NCBI GenBank assembly: GCA_024695105.1
Contig: JAILIV010000008.1
Coordinates: 1-59,985, forward strand
From: Bacilli bacterium
GTDB taxonomy: Bacteria > Bacillota_I > Bacilli_A > RFN20 > CAG-826
Length of the DNA stretch: 59,985 nt
Direction: 5' to 3'
A model generated the notes under the pieces. That model was given only the letters and a program-made list of their open reading frames with translations. It was not told where the DNA came from and did no database searches. Made by a program: the position numbers and the translations under genes. Every line of letters starts with the position of its first letter. Position 1 is the stretch's first letter. Positions 47,795-57,512 of the stretch are shown in pieces.

Positions 47795-47938
47795 ATGCCC
47801 GAAAACAAAGTTCAAAAGTACCGCTGCAAAGTCTGCGGCATGATCGTTGAGGCCAACCCCGACGGTTCTTGCCCCATCTGCGGCGCCCCCGCGGATGAGC
47901 TCGTTCCCGTCGATGAGGACGGAAACGACATCGAATAG
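47795..47938 (+). CDS. Rubredoxin-like small protein (47 aa, below the ORF-track cutoff)
   Basis: MPENKVQKYRCKVCGMIVEANPDGSCPICGAPADELVPVDEDGNDIE; two CxxCG motifs; AAGGAG RBS; hairpin terminator at 47954-47980. Confidence 0.85.
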   Translation: MPENKVQKYRCKVCGMIVEANPDGSCPICGAPADELVPVDEDGNDIE

Positions 47939-48016
47939 TCCGTTTAACAAAAGACGCGTCCGATTCGTTGGGCGCGTTTTTCGTTATAAATAGGTTCACG
48001 TGTCACGTGGATTTGC

Positions 48017-49126
48017 TTAAACGCCGATGGAATAATCTAGTAGCGCCTCGAAAATTTTCCCTTCGTAAGGGGCTAATAGATCGTGACGCGTTCCTTCGGT
48101 GGAGAGCGTCAGTTCATCGAGCCACTTGGTGGCGACTTCCTTTTCGTCCAAGTAACCTAAATAAGAGGATTTGGCTTCCTCGTAACGTGCCTTGGTGAAA
48201 TAGGTGGCGGCCACTTTGCCTTCCTTGATGGTGTCGTTATAGAAGACGCCCGCGGCCTCGATGACGTCGCCGGTGAAGTTCTCCCCATCGGGTTGCACGT
48301 AATAGACGGTTGGGAAGGCACCCGTGGAGAATCCCGCGGGATTATCTTCCGATTCCGATAAACCGTATTTGTCCTTCTTCTCTTGGTAGATGGCCATTTT
48401 CGCGTCATAGTCGGGATCGCCACGGCTAGGACGGTAGGGGTCAAAGTCCATGATGAAGAAGTTCTTGTCCACGATGGAATGGGTGTCGATGTACTGGGTT
48501 AAGCTAGTGCGTTGCAAATAGGCGCAGTCTCCACAGGTCTCGCGCGCGAAATAAATGGTGAAGGCTTCGTTCCCCAAATAGTAGGAATCCAGAATCTCCT
48601 CATTGACGTAGAAGATCTTGGGGTTGACCGTGCGCTTTTCCATCCATTCGGCGAAGTAGGGGGCGCTGGTGACGAAGGAGGAGGCTTGATCGTCGGTGCA
48701 GGCTTGGTAGGCAAGGGCGCCTTCTTTGAACACGCAGAGGGTGTCGTATCCCAAGACGCGCTTGATGCCGTAATACTCGGTGTCGGTCTCAAATTCCTCC
48801 AAGGTGATGGCGTACACCAAGAGGCGATGACGTTTCACATAGGGAGAGAAGACGGTCTCGTGCCAGGTCGTGAAGCAAGAGCAGGTGTCTTCCGAGCCAT
48901 GAAGCAGAAGAAGGAAGTTTTCTTTGTCTTGGGCGAGGCGCGCAAGGGCACTTTTCTTAATGAAACGGAGGTTCCCTAGACGAGAATAGGGGTCGCTTGC
49001 CCGATTGCCGATGAGATTGCCATAACGAAGCGGCACGGCGGTGGGGTTTTCCCCTTGCGAAGAGCAGGAAGAAACCGCTCCGAGGAGCAAAGGAAGAAAC
49101 AATAGCGGCAACGGGTTTTTCCTCAT
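48017..49126 (-). CDS. Thioredoxin-fold-like lipoprotein
   Basis: Lipobox VSSC; YFARETCGDC (CxxC) and FPTVYY. Confidence 0.6.
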   Translation of the reverse strand: MRKNPLPLLFLPLLLGAVSSCSSQGENPTAVPLRYGNLIGNRASDPYSRLGNLRFIKKSALARLAQDKENFLLLLHGSEDTCSCFTTWHETVFSPYVKRHRLLVYAITLEEFETDTEYYGIKRVLGYDTLCVFKEGALAYQACTDDQASSFVTSAPYFAEWMEKRTVNPKIFYVNEEILDSYYLGNEAFTIYFARETCGDCAYLQRTSLTQYIDTHSIVDKNFFIMDFDPYRPSRGDPDYDAKMAIYQEKKDKYGLSESEDNPAGFSTGAFPTVYYVQPDGENFTGDVIEAAGVFYNDTIKEGKVAATYFTKARYEEAKSSYLGYLDEKEVATKWLDELTLSTEGTRHDLLAPYEGKIFEALLDYSIGV

Positions 49127-49452
49127 GGCTCATTATCTTATCAGCCAAACGGAAAAGGTGGTAGGGGGAGGCGGGGGAAACAAGGGCGAGAAGGGAGTAG
49201 AAAAACAAACGCGAAAAACAAGCGCGGAAAACAAGGATATTTCCGCGAATTGAAAATGTCGGTTTTTCTTCGATGTGGCCGATAAAAAGCCACTTTTTTC
49301 TTCGCCTTGTTTTTGAATGCAAAAAAGTGAGAAAAAAACTTATTGATTTTTGTGCGGTTTACCCCATAATTCTCGCCGTTGAAAATGGACTCCTCAAACT
49401 CCGTTTCCAACGCTCTGTACGCATTGTCTTCTTCCAAGGGAGGGTAAGGTCT

Positions 49453-50982
49453 ATGGATGAGAAAACAACGATTATTTCCTTGAGCCACGTATGCAAGGTG
49501 TTCGAGGACGGGGTCACGGTCGTCGATGACTTCAATCTGGATGTGAAGGAGGGGGAGTTCATCACCATTTTAGGCCCCTCTGGCTGCGGCAAAACCACGA
49601 CGCTTCGCATGATCGCCGGCTTTGAGCTGCCTTCTTCGGGCCAGATTCTGCTTAACGGCGAGGACATTTCGCTCCTTCCGCCGTATAAGCGTCCGGTCAA
49701 CACCGTCTTCCAGCATTACGCGCTGTTCCCGCATTTGGACGTCTACGATAACGTCGCTTTCGGCCTGAAGCTTAAGCGCATTCCCGTGGAAGTCACCGAC
49801 CGCAAAGGGAACAAGAAGATCAAGATGAAGCGGCTCTCCGCCAAAGTCATCGATGAGAAGGTGCTCCGCGCCCTCCAAGTCGTCGACCTTGACGAGATGG
49901 AAGACCGCGACGTTTCCACCCTGTCTGGCGGCCAGCAGCAGCGCGTCGCCATCGCCCGCGCCATCGTCAATGAGCCGAAGGTCCTCCTTTTGGACGAGCC
50001 TCTTTCCGCTTTGGACCACAAGATGCGCAAAGACATGCAGGTCGAACTTAAGGAAATGCACCAAAAGCTCGGCATCACCTTCTTCTACGTCACCCACGAC
50101 CAGGAAGAGGCCCTTACCATGTCCGACCGCATCGTCGTCATGAAGCGCGGCGTCATCCAGCAGGTCGGCACCCCCGAGAACATCTATAACGAACCGATTA
50201 ACGCCTTCGTCGCGGACTTCATCGGCGAATCCAACATTTATAACGGCACGATGACCGCCCCCAACCGTGTGCGTTTCATCGGCTCCGTGTGGAAATGCCC
50301 CGTCGAGGAAGGCTTCACCACCAACGACATCGTCGACATCGTCATCCGTCCCGAAGACGTGGAGCTCCGCGCCAAAGGCGAAGGCATTGCCGATGGCGTC
50401 ATCGCTTCCAAAATCTTCAAGGGCGTGCATTACGAATACATCGTCAAAGTCGGCAAAAACGAAGTCCTTTGCCGCGATACCCGTAACCACGAAGTGGGCA
50501 AAGAAGTGGCCATCGCCGTCGATCCAGAGAACATCCAGCTCATGCATAAGGAACTCACCGTCAACGAATATGGCGACGCCATCATCGACAACGCCAACCG
50601 CGTCATCATCGGCGAGGATCCCTTCGAATGCGACGTCACCCAGTTGCTTAAAGGCTCCACCCTCGACGAAGAAGGCTACCTGGTCGACCCGAACTCGAAG
50701 AAGCGTTACGACCTGAAGAACGCCGCCGTCGTGGCGGAAGTGGGGTTAGACAAGATCGCCCTTTCCGACGACCTCGGATCTGGCCAAACCCAGGGCACGA
50801 TCATCTCCGCCGTGTGGATCGGCGACCACTGGCAATACATCGTCCGCACCGACGACGACGAGGATTTCGTCGTGAACTCTCCCTACACTTGGAACGAGAA
50901 TGACCTCGTGTCGGTCTCCATCGCCAAGGAAGACATCGTCTTGCGCCTAAAGAAAGGAATCGAGGACTATGCCGTCGACTGA
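49453..50982 (+). CDS. potA: Spermidine/putrescine ABC transporter ATPase with extended C-terminus
   Basis: GPSGCGKTT, NTVFQHYALFPH, LSGGQQQR, LLLDEP. Confidence 0.92.
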   Translation: MDEKTTIISLSHVCKVFEDGVTVVDDFNLDVKEGEFITILGPSGCGKTTTLRMIAGFELPSSGQILLNGEDISLLPPYKRPVNTVFQHYALFPHLDVYDNVAFGLKLKRIPVEVTDRKGNKKIKMKRLSAKVIDEKVLRALQVVDLDEMEDRDVSTLSGGQQQRVAIARAIVNEPKVLLLDEPLSALDHKMRKDMQVELKEMHQKLGITFFYVTHDQEEALTMSDRIVVMKRGVIQQVGTPENIYNEPINAFVADFIGESNIYNGTMTAPNRVRFIGSVWKCPVEEGFTTNDIVDIVIRPEDVELRAKGEGIADGVIASKIFKGVHYEYIVKVGKNEVLCRDTRNHEVGKEVAIAVDPENIQLMHKELTVNEYGDAIIDNANRVIIGEDPFECDVTQLLKGSTLDEEGYLVDPNSKKRYDLKNAAVVAEVGLDKIALSDDLGSGQTQGTIISAVWIGDHWQYIVRTDDDEDFVVNSPYTWNENDLVSVSIAKEDIVLRLKKGIEDYAVD

Positions 50983-51832
50983 GTCCAAGCGCCGCTCCGG
51001 CTCGGGTTGGGCCCAGTTCCGCCGGATCGTCTCGTTTAAGCGGAAGCACCTGTGCATCCCTTATATCCTTTTTCTGGCCCTATTCGTCATCATTCCGATC
51101 ATCATCATCTTGGTCTACGCGTTCACCCGCACGACCGAGACGGGGCAGTTGGAGTTTAGTTTTGACGCCTTGAAGGAATTCTTCTCCTCCACGACGAAGC
51201 TTAACGTCTTGCTCGTTTCCTTGTTCATCGGTTTGGTCAACACGCTCCTATGTTTGCTGATCGGCTACCCCATCGCGTATCTGCTCGCCGATAAGAGGGT
51301 GAACAAGAACTACGTCATGGTGATGCTGTTCATCATGCCGATGTGGATTAACTTCGTACTCCGTACCGGCGCGACCCGCGACGTCTTGTACATGATGGGC
51401 ATCAAAGGCGGCCAACACCCGTACTTGGCCACGTTGATCGGCCTGCTTTACAACTATCTCCCCTTCACCATCCTTCCGCTTTACACGACGATGATCAAAC
51501 TCGACAAGAGCCAGATTGAAGCGGCCAAGGATCTTGGGTGCAACCCCGCCCAAACTTTCGTCCACAGCATCCTTCCCCAGACCGTTCCGGGCATCGTCTC
51601 GGCGGCGGAGATGGTGTTCATGCCGACGATGTCGAGCTACGTCATCTCCGATACGTTGTCGGAGGGCAAGTTGACGTTATTCGGCAACTCCATCGCATCG
51701 TCGTTCAACAACTCCTTATGGAACGACGGCTCGTTCATGGCGCTCGTGATGTTGGTCCTTATCTTCTTGACCATGTTCATCACGAACCGCTTCCACAAAG
51801 ACGAGACCCAGGAGAGAGGGAGGCTTTGGTAA
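50969..51832 (+). CDS. potB: Spermidine/putrescine ABC permease
   Basis: PMWINFVLR, YLPFTILPLY, EAAKDLG. Confidence 0.9.
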   Translation: MPSTESKRRSGSGWAQFRRIVSFKRKHLCIPYILFLALFVIIPIIIILVYAFTRTTETGQLEFSFDALKEFFSSTTKLNVLLVSLFIGLVNTLLCLLIGYPIAYLLADKRVNKNYVMVMLFIMPMWINFVLRTGATRDVLYMMGIKGGQHPYLATLIGLLYNYLPFTILPLYTTMIKLDKSQIEAAKDLGCNPAQTFVHSILPQTVPGIVSAAEMVFMPTMSSYVISDTLSEGKLTLFGNSIASSFNNSLWNDGSFMALVMLVLIFLTMFITNRFHKDETQERGRLW

Positions 51833-52725
51833 TGACGCAGAATCTTACGCAAAACGAGCGGAAAATCCGCAAAAACGCCATCCTTCGCAAAACCATTGGC
51901 CAGTGCGTCATCTGGTTGGTGCTGATCGCCATGTACATCCCCATCATGGTGCTGATCGCCTATTCCTTCACCCGCGCGGCCAACATTGGCACTTGGACGG
52001 GCTTCACGTTCTTGCTTTACGCCGACTTGTTCAACGACGCCGAGATCATGGTGGCCTTAGGCAACACCGTCTTGATCGCCCTTATCTCCTCCGCGCTTTC
52101 CACGGTGCTTGGCACCTGCGGCGCGATCGGGGCCTTCTATTCCAAACGCCGTTCCCGCGAGGTCTTGGAGTCGGTGAACCAGATCCCGGTCGTCAACGCC
52201 GAGATCGTCATCGCCTTGTCCTTGACGGTCATGTTCGTCTTTTTCCAGTCCTATATCTTGGGTGGAAGCAACGTGTTCAGCTTCTGGACCCTGCTTATTG
52301 GCCACATGGTCCTTCAGGTCCCCTTCGTCTACCTTTCCGTCAAGCCGAAGCTCCAACAGATGGACCCCGCGCTTTATGAGGCCGCGTTGGACCTTGGCTG
52401 CAACCAGACGCAGGCCCTTTGGAAGGCGACCATCCCCGAAATCATGCCGGGCGTGGCTTCGGGCTTCCTCCTCTCCATCACGTTGTCGTTGGATGACTTC
52501 ATCGTCACCGCCTTCACCCGTGGCGCGGGCCTTCTTTCGGGCGACAAATCCATCGAGACCCTTTCCACGCTCGTCCAAGCCAAGATCAAGAAGGGCCCGA
52601 TCCCGCCCGAGATGCGCGCCCTGACCACGCTTATCTTCCTGACCGTGCTCGCCGTGGCGATCCTGGTCACCATCTACCGTAACCGCACGGTGAAAAAGAC
52701 CCGTAAGGGCAGAAAGGGGGCCTAA
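51832..52725 (+). CDS. potC: Spermidine/putrescine ABC permease
   Basis: MYIPI, EAALDLG, LSLDDF; ATG overlaps the potB stop. Confidence 0.9.
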   Translation: MTQNLTQNERKIRKNAILRKTIGQCVIWLVLIAMYIPIMVLIAYSFTRAANIGTWTGFTFLLYADLFNDAEIMVALGNTVLIALISSALSTVLGTCGAIGAFYSKRRSREVLESVNQIPVVNAEIVIALSLTVMFVFFQSYILGGSNVFSFWTLLIGHMVLQVPFVYLSVKPKLQQMDPALYEAALDLGCNQTQALWKATIPEIMPGVASGFLLSITLSLDDFIVTAFTRGAGLLSGDKSIETLSTLVQAKIKKGPIPPEMRALTTLIFLTVLAVAILVTIYRNRTVKKTRKGRKGA

Positions 52726-52727
52726 CC

Positions 52728-54989
52728 ATGAAAAACAATACGAAACGCACGCTTTCCGCTTTGGGCATGGGCTTGTTCTGCCTGGCCTCTTTGACGGGGT
52801 GCTCCGCTTCCGGCGCCGACATCGTCATTAAGGTCCTGAACTGCGAGGACTATATCGGCGAATCCGAGTTTGATTTCACTTACACCTATGAGGATAAAAA
52901 CGGGGAAGAGCAGGAAGTCACCGAGACGTATCCCACCGTCTTAAAAGGCTTCGAGGCCTATGAGTCCCGTTTGCTGGGCAAAAAGGTCCGCGTCATCTAT
53001 GACTGCTACGACACCAACGAGACCATGCTCTCCTCGCTACAGACCGGAAAGACCTCCTACGACCTCATCGCGGCTTCCGACTACGCCATCCAAAAGATGA
53101 TGCGGTTGGAGATGCTGCAACCCATCGACCGCGAACGCGTCCCCAATTACAACGCCTATTGCTCACGTTTCCTTTTGGACATCATGGAGAGCATCACCGC
53201 CCCGATCAACGGGGTCGAGTGCAAGATGGCGGACTATTCCGTCGGCTACATGTGGGGGACCCTTGGCATTTTGTATAACCCCGCCAAGGTAAGCCGCGAG
53301 ACCGGCGTCGACGAAGACACGGTCAAATTCGACATGCAGTCCTGGGATTCCCTGTGGGACGTGAAGTACAAAAACCAAATGTCCGTCAAGGATTCCATGC
53401 GTGATACCTACTCCGTGGGCATCATGAAACAATACGGCGACGAAATCCGCGAAGCGATGGAAAAATCGGGTTGCTTCGACATGGAGGATGGGATGTATTC
53501 CCTCCTTCCGGGCAAATACGAAGAGGCCGTCGCCACCTATAACGGCAAGCTTACCGACATCTTTAACCGCTGCGACGAAAAGCACGTTCAGGAAGTCCGT
53601 GAGGCGTTATTGTCGTTAAAGGAGAACGTCTTCGGCTTTGAGGTCGACTCCGGCAAAGACGACATGGTCAAGGGCCTCATCGGCATGAACCTTGCTTGGA
53701 GCGGCGACGCCGTCTACTCCATGGACCGCGCCGAGAACGAGGCGGGTAACACCGTCTACTATTCCGTTCCTAAGACCGGGGGCAATATCTGGTTCGACTC
53801 CTGGTCCATCCCCAAGACCAGCGACGCCGAGCATAAGGCCGTCGCGGAGGATTTCCTCAACTTCATCTCCGACCCGCAGGTCGCCGCCGCGAACATGAAC
53901 GACATCGGCTATACCTCCTTCATCGCCGGCGAGACCGTCCACACGCTGATCCGCCTTTGGTTCGATCCGCGTTCTTACGCGATGTATGTCTACCATGACG
54001 CCTCTGGAGATGAGGGGTGCACGTGGGAAGATAGCGACTTCGTCTATGGCGAGCCCGAGTACCTGCAAGAGGTCGACGAGGAGGGCAATCCTGTCTTCGA
54101 GGACCTTCTCGACGAGGAGGGCAATCCCGTCCTAGATGATGAAGGTAACCCGATTAAAGTCCCCGTTTACGTGCAGGAGACCGATGAAGATGGCAACCCC
54201 GTCTTCGAAGTCCTTTTGGACGAAAACGGCGACCCCGTGCTCGATGAGAACGGCGACCCGGTTCTTGTGCCCGTCTACGTCCGCGTGGAGGGTGACCCCG
54301 AATACGACGAGGAACTTGGCATCCAATACCAGGGTGGCTTCGACTTAGAAAACGACGACGTCACAGAGTTTGATTTCGAGCAGGGCATCCTGAACATGGC
54401 CGGCTCCACCTTCGATCAGCCCGTGGTGGATGGCAACCCCGTCACCTGGGACGAGTTCATGGAGCTTTATAACGCCAAGGCGGAACTGGTGAACGCCAAG
54501 ATCGCCGCCGCGGTGGAAAAAGGCGCCGAACTCGAGGAACTCGAACCTTATGAAGGCTGGGATGTGCGCGACTTGTCCTACATGTTCTCCGGGACGATCA
54601 ACGAAGGCGATGCCAGTAGCGAAAACCCCGAGCAAAACTACCTTCTCTTCTACACCGATGAGTTAGAAACCATTGCGGTGGAGGAGACGGAAGTCATGGT
54701 GGGCCGTCAGTTCTACGCCCAATACCCGGACCAGACGATGATCCCCAAGCTCGCGGTCATGCGCGACTATGGCGAAAACAACATCTACGTTTTGAAGATG
54801 TGGAGCGACGTCAAGTCCAACAACCTCCCCATCGTGGCCGTGGTGGTGTTTGGCATCATCATCGCCGCCGCAGCGGTGCTCATCGTGGGCTTGCTGCTCA
54901 CCAAGCGGCATTACCACAAGTTCCGCGTGGAGCGCAGGAAAGCCGTCGCCGCCGCCGCGAAGGAGAACGATTCCAAACGTACTTCTTAG
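52728..54989 (+). CDS. potD: Polyamine ABC substrate-binding lipoprotein with a large acidic insertion and C-terminal TM
   Basis: Lipobox LTGC; YDTNETM, YMWGTLGILYN, AWSGDA, NIWFDSW; C-terminal hydrophobic helix. Confidence 0.85.
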   Translation: MKNNTKRTLSALGMGLFCLASLTGCSASGADIVIKVLNCEDYIGESEFDFTYTYEDKNGEEQEVTETYPTVLKGFEAYESRLLGKKVRVIYDCYDTNETMLSSLQTGKTSYDLIAASDYAIQKMMRLEMLQPIDRERVPNYNAYCSRFLLDIMESITAPINGVECKMADYSVGYMWGTLGILYNPAKVSRETGVDEDTVKFDMQSWDSLWDVKYKNQMSVKDSMRDTYSVGIMKQYGDEIREAMEKSGCFDMEDGMYSLLPGKYEEAVATYNGKLTDIFNRCDEKHVQEVREALLSLKENVFGFEVDSGKDDMVKGLIGMNLAWSGDAVYSMDRAENEAGNTVYYSVPKTGGNIWFDSWSIPKTSDAEHKAVAEDFLNFISDPQVAAANMNDIGYTSFIAGETVHTLIRLWFDPRSYAMYVYHDASGDEGCTWEDSDFVYGEPEYLQEVDEEGNPVFEDLLDEEGNPVLDDEGNPIKVPVYVQETDEDGNPVFEVLLDENGDPVLDENGDPVLVPVYVRVEGDPEYDEELGIQYQGGFDLENDDVTEFDFEQGILNMAGSTFDQPVVDGNPVTWDEFMELYNAKAELVNAKIAAAVEKGAELEELEPYEGWDVRDLSYMFSGTINEGDASSENPEQNYLLFYTDELETIAVEETEVMVGRQFYAQYPDQTMIPKLAVMRDYGENNIYVLKMWSDVKSNNLPIVAVVVFGIIIAAAAVLIVGLLLTKRHYHKFRVERRKAVAAAAKENDSKRTS

Positions 54990-55058
54990 TCGCCCGCGCG
55001 TATGCGCATGAAATTGGCTCTTCCTTCAGGTGTGGGGCAGCGTTATAATTCCGTCGCT

Positions 55059-55132
55059 GCTTCCGTAGCCAAGTGGTAAGGCCAGTGACTGCAACTCACT
55101 TACCGTCGGTTCAAATCCGGCCGGAAGCTCCA
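55059..55132 (+). tRNA. tRNA-Cys(GCA)
   Basis: Acceptor GCTTCCG/CGGAAGC, anticodon arm AGTGA-CTGCAAC-TCACT, encoded CCA. Confidence 0.95.
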
Positions 55133-55195
55133 AATTAAAGGTTGCTTGTTGTAAACAAGTGTCCTATATTACATAGGCTGCTTCGGCAGCCATAT

Positions 55196-55272
55196 GCGCC
55201 CGTAGCTCAATTGGATAGAGTACCAGACTACGAATCTGGGGGTTACAGGTTCGAGTCCTGTCGGGCGCGCCA
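55196..55272 (+). tRNA. tRNA-Arg(ACG)
   Basis: Acceptor GCGCCCG/CGGGCGC, anticodon arm CCAGA-CTACGAA-TCTGG, encoded CCA. Confidence 0.95.
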
Positions 55273-55285
55273 CCAATGAACACAG

Positions 55286-55310
55286 CCTCGGCAAAGCGCC
55301 GAGGTTTTTC
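55286..55310 (+). terminator. Terminator after tRNA-Arg
   Basis: CCTCGGC/GCCGAGG stem plus T tract. Confidence 0.8.
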
Positions 55311-55363
55311 GTTGTGTCCTAAAGCGTTTCGCCCTTTAATAAAAGGGATTTGGAGGTAGTAGT

Positions 55364-56077
55364 ATGGCTTCACCTTTAACGAGACACTTGGATAGAAGGC
55401 CGAGGAAGGCCCGCACGTGGGATTTGCTTGGCATGGACATGCCCGCCTGTCTTTGCATGGGCGAGGCGGAGAAATGCCAGGAAGACGCAAAACAGTGGTG
55501 CTTGGATCATGACGTGATGTTCATTCCTTTGGACGCGAAGGAAATCAGCGTGGTAAGCGTAGGGCATTTTACCGCCGGGGACACGGCCATAATCACCTTC
55601 TCTCCGCTTTTGGAAGGTACCAATTTCGACTTTGAGGAATTCCTCCAGAAAGACCTAAGGGGCGTGGAGGAAGCGCCACAGGTTGCCATGGGACACAGGA
55701 CGTTTCTTTTAGGGAAAGGGAATGTCGATGAGCGCACGGAGGCCATCATTGACTTCGATGCGCTCCCGGAAACGGTCTTCATCAAAGATGACATGTGTGG
55801 GTTTGAGCCGTTGAAGATTTCCGGCGCGTTGCGTAAGAAGATCAGCGAAAATCCGTGCCTCGTCTTCGTCACCAATCTCTTTACGTTGTCCGAAGACTCC
55901 GCGGAACTTTTCTGCCGTCGATTCGTCCGTGTGGAGCGGAAGGCCGATTATCCGCGGGACAACATCCTTCATATGGTGGTGTTGAAAGAACCCGGCCAAG
56001 AGATTCCCTATTACTTACGACAAAAGAACATTTTCCTCTCATACATCCATAACGACGATAGCGGCGAGGAAGAATAG
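55364..56077 (+). CDS. Hypothetical protein
   Basis: GGAGG RBS; hairpin terminator at 56091-56114; no family recognised. Confidence 0.6.
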   Translation: MASPLTRHLDRRPRKARTWDLLGMDMPACLCMGEAEKCQEDAKQWCLDHDVMFIPLDAKEISVVSVGHFTAGDTAIITFSPLLEGTNFDFEEFLQKDLRGVEEAPQVAMGHRTFLLGKGNVDERTEAIIDFDALPETVFIKDDMCGFEPLKISGALRKKISENPCLVFVTNLFTLSEDSAELFCRRFVRVERKADYPRDNILHMVVLKEPGQEIPYYLRQKNIFLSYIHNDDSGEEE

Positions 56078-56124
56078 AAAGTAAGAAACGAAGCGTCGGC
56101 CACCGGCGCTTTTTCCTTCCCGTC

Positions 56125-56175
56125 TTGACATGCACGCGAATATTCTTACAATTCCAAATTGCGAATGATTCGCAA
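56125..56175 (+). promoter_or_regulatory. Promoter and Fur/Zur-type operator
   Basis: TTGACA-16-TACAAT followed by the perfect 8-1-8 palindrome TTGCGAAT-G-ATTCGCAA (56159-56175). Confidence 0.75.
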
Positions 56176-56178
56176 ATT

Positions 56179-56589
56179 ATGAAGAGCGCGTACCACACCC
56201 AACAACGTAAAGCCCTCGAGGAGTTTTTCGAGTCGCGCCATGACCACGCCTTTTCCGTCGAAGAGATCGTGAAGGGTCTAGGAGGCAAGGCCAGCGTTTC
56301 GGCGATTTACCGCAACCTTTCCGCTTTGGAGAAAGAAGGGAAGGTGCGCAAGACGACGGTGCCCGGAGAGCGGGAAGCCTATTTCCAATACGTTGGCTGC
56401 GTGCATTGCCACGGCCATATCCACATGACCTGCGTCGATTGTGGCGCGACGACGCATCTAGACGAGGAAGTGGCCGCCTCCATCCTTAAAAACGTATCCG
56501 CGTCCTCCTCTTTTGCCATCGATCCCACCGCGACGGTTCTTTATGGGGTGTGCCAGGAATGCGCGAAAAAGCGGGGAGGGGTGAAATGA
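56179..56589 (+). CDS. Fur-family transcriptional regulator (likely Zur)
   Basis: HTQQRKAL, SVSAIYRNL, HCHGHIHMTCVDCG, YGVCQEC; heads a Zn ABC operon. Confidence 0.9.
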   Translation: MKSAYHTQQRKALEEFFESRHDHAFSVEEIVKGLGGKASVSAIYRNLSALEKEGKVRKTTVPGEREAYFQYVGCVHCHGHIHMTCVDCGATTHLDEEVAASILKNVSASSSFAIDPTATVLYGVCQECAKKRGGVK

Positions 56590-57512
56590 TGGGAAAACAC
56601 GTTTTGGCCCTTCTTTTCCCTTTGGCGTGCCTAGTGGCTTGTTCCTCTCCAAAGCAGCAGGGGCCGTTGGTCGTTTGCTCCATATATCCCGAATACGAAT
56701 GGACCAAAGCCATCATTGGGGAGAACAAAGACATCCAACTGGCTTTGCTTCAGGATACGGGGGCGGACCTCCATTCCTTCCAACCTCGCGTTTCGGATAT
56801 CGTCACGCTTTCTAAAGCCGATGTCTTCATCTATAACGGCGGGGAATCCGACGAATGGGTCGAGAAGGCTTTGGAAAACGTGTCCAAGCCCCAAATCGAC
56901 TTGAACCTTATGGAGGAGATTGAGCCCCTTCTTTATGCAGAGGAGCATCCGGAAGGGATGCAAGGGGAGGCGGAAGAAGAGGAAGTCTATGACGAGCACA
57001 TCTGGCTTTCGCTGCGCCTTGCTTTTGCATGTTTGGAACCCATCGTCGATGCCTTAAGCACCGCCTTTCCTTCCTATGCGGATTCGTTTGAGAAGAATGC
57101 GCTTCAGTATGGCGAAGCCTTAACGGAACTGGACGCGCGTTTTGCCTCCTGCGTCAAAAACGCGAAGACGGGGACGCTTTTATTCGCGGACCGCTTTCCC
57201 TTTTTGTATTTGTCCAAAGACTATGGCCTTCATTATTTCGCCGCGTTTGCGGGCTGTTCCACCGACGCGGAGGCAAGCGTCCAAACGATCCGTTTCCTCG
57301 TGAAAATGTTGGATGAGACCGGGCTGCGCCACGTCAGCGTGCTGGAAAACTCGGACCGTCGCTTGGCGGAGACCGTGATCGATGCGAGCAAGGAAAGGAA
57401 CCAAACCATTGTGTCCTTCGATTCGATGCAATCGATGACGCTTCAACGCGGGAAGAGTTATCTCGAGGCGATGGAGCATAACCTATTTGCGTTACAGGAG
57501 GCTTTATCATGA
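56586..57512 (+). CDS. znuA: Zn/Mn ABC substrate-binding lipoprotein
   Basis: Lipobox LVAC, DLHSFQP, DEHIWLS. Confidence 0.88.
   Translation: MMGKHVLALLFPLACLVACSSPKQQGPLVVCSIYPEYEWTKAIIGENKDIQLALLQDTGADLHSFQPRVSDIVTLSKADVFIYNGGESDEWVEKALENVSKPQIDLNLMEEIEPLLYAEEHPEGMQGEAEEEEVYDEHIWLSLRLAFACLEPIVDALSTAFPSYADSFEKNALQYGEALTELDARFASCVKNAKTGTLLFADRFPFLYLSKDYGLHYFAAFAGCSTDAEASVQTIRFLVKMLDETGLRHVSVLENSDRRLAETVIDASKERNQTIVSFDSMQSMTLQRGKSYLEAMEHNLFALQEALS

Noticed and set aside
51538-51831. N-terminal extension of potC in the ORF track
   Set aside because: It overlaps potB out of frame. The ATG at 51832 coupled to the potB stop is the plausible start.
55173-55195. Strong GGCTGC-TTCG-GCAGCC hairpin between tRNA-Cys and tRNA-Arg as a separate ncRNA
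   Set aside because: It is a single short UUCG hairpin in a tRNA spacer, most simply a processing or termination structure.
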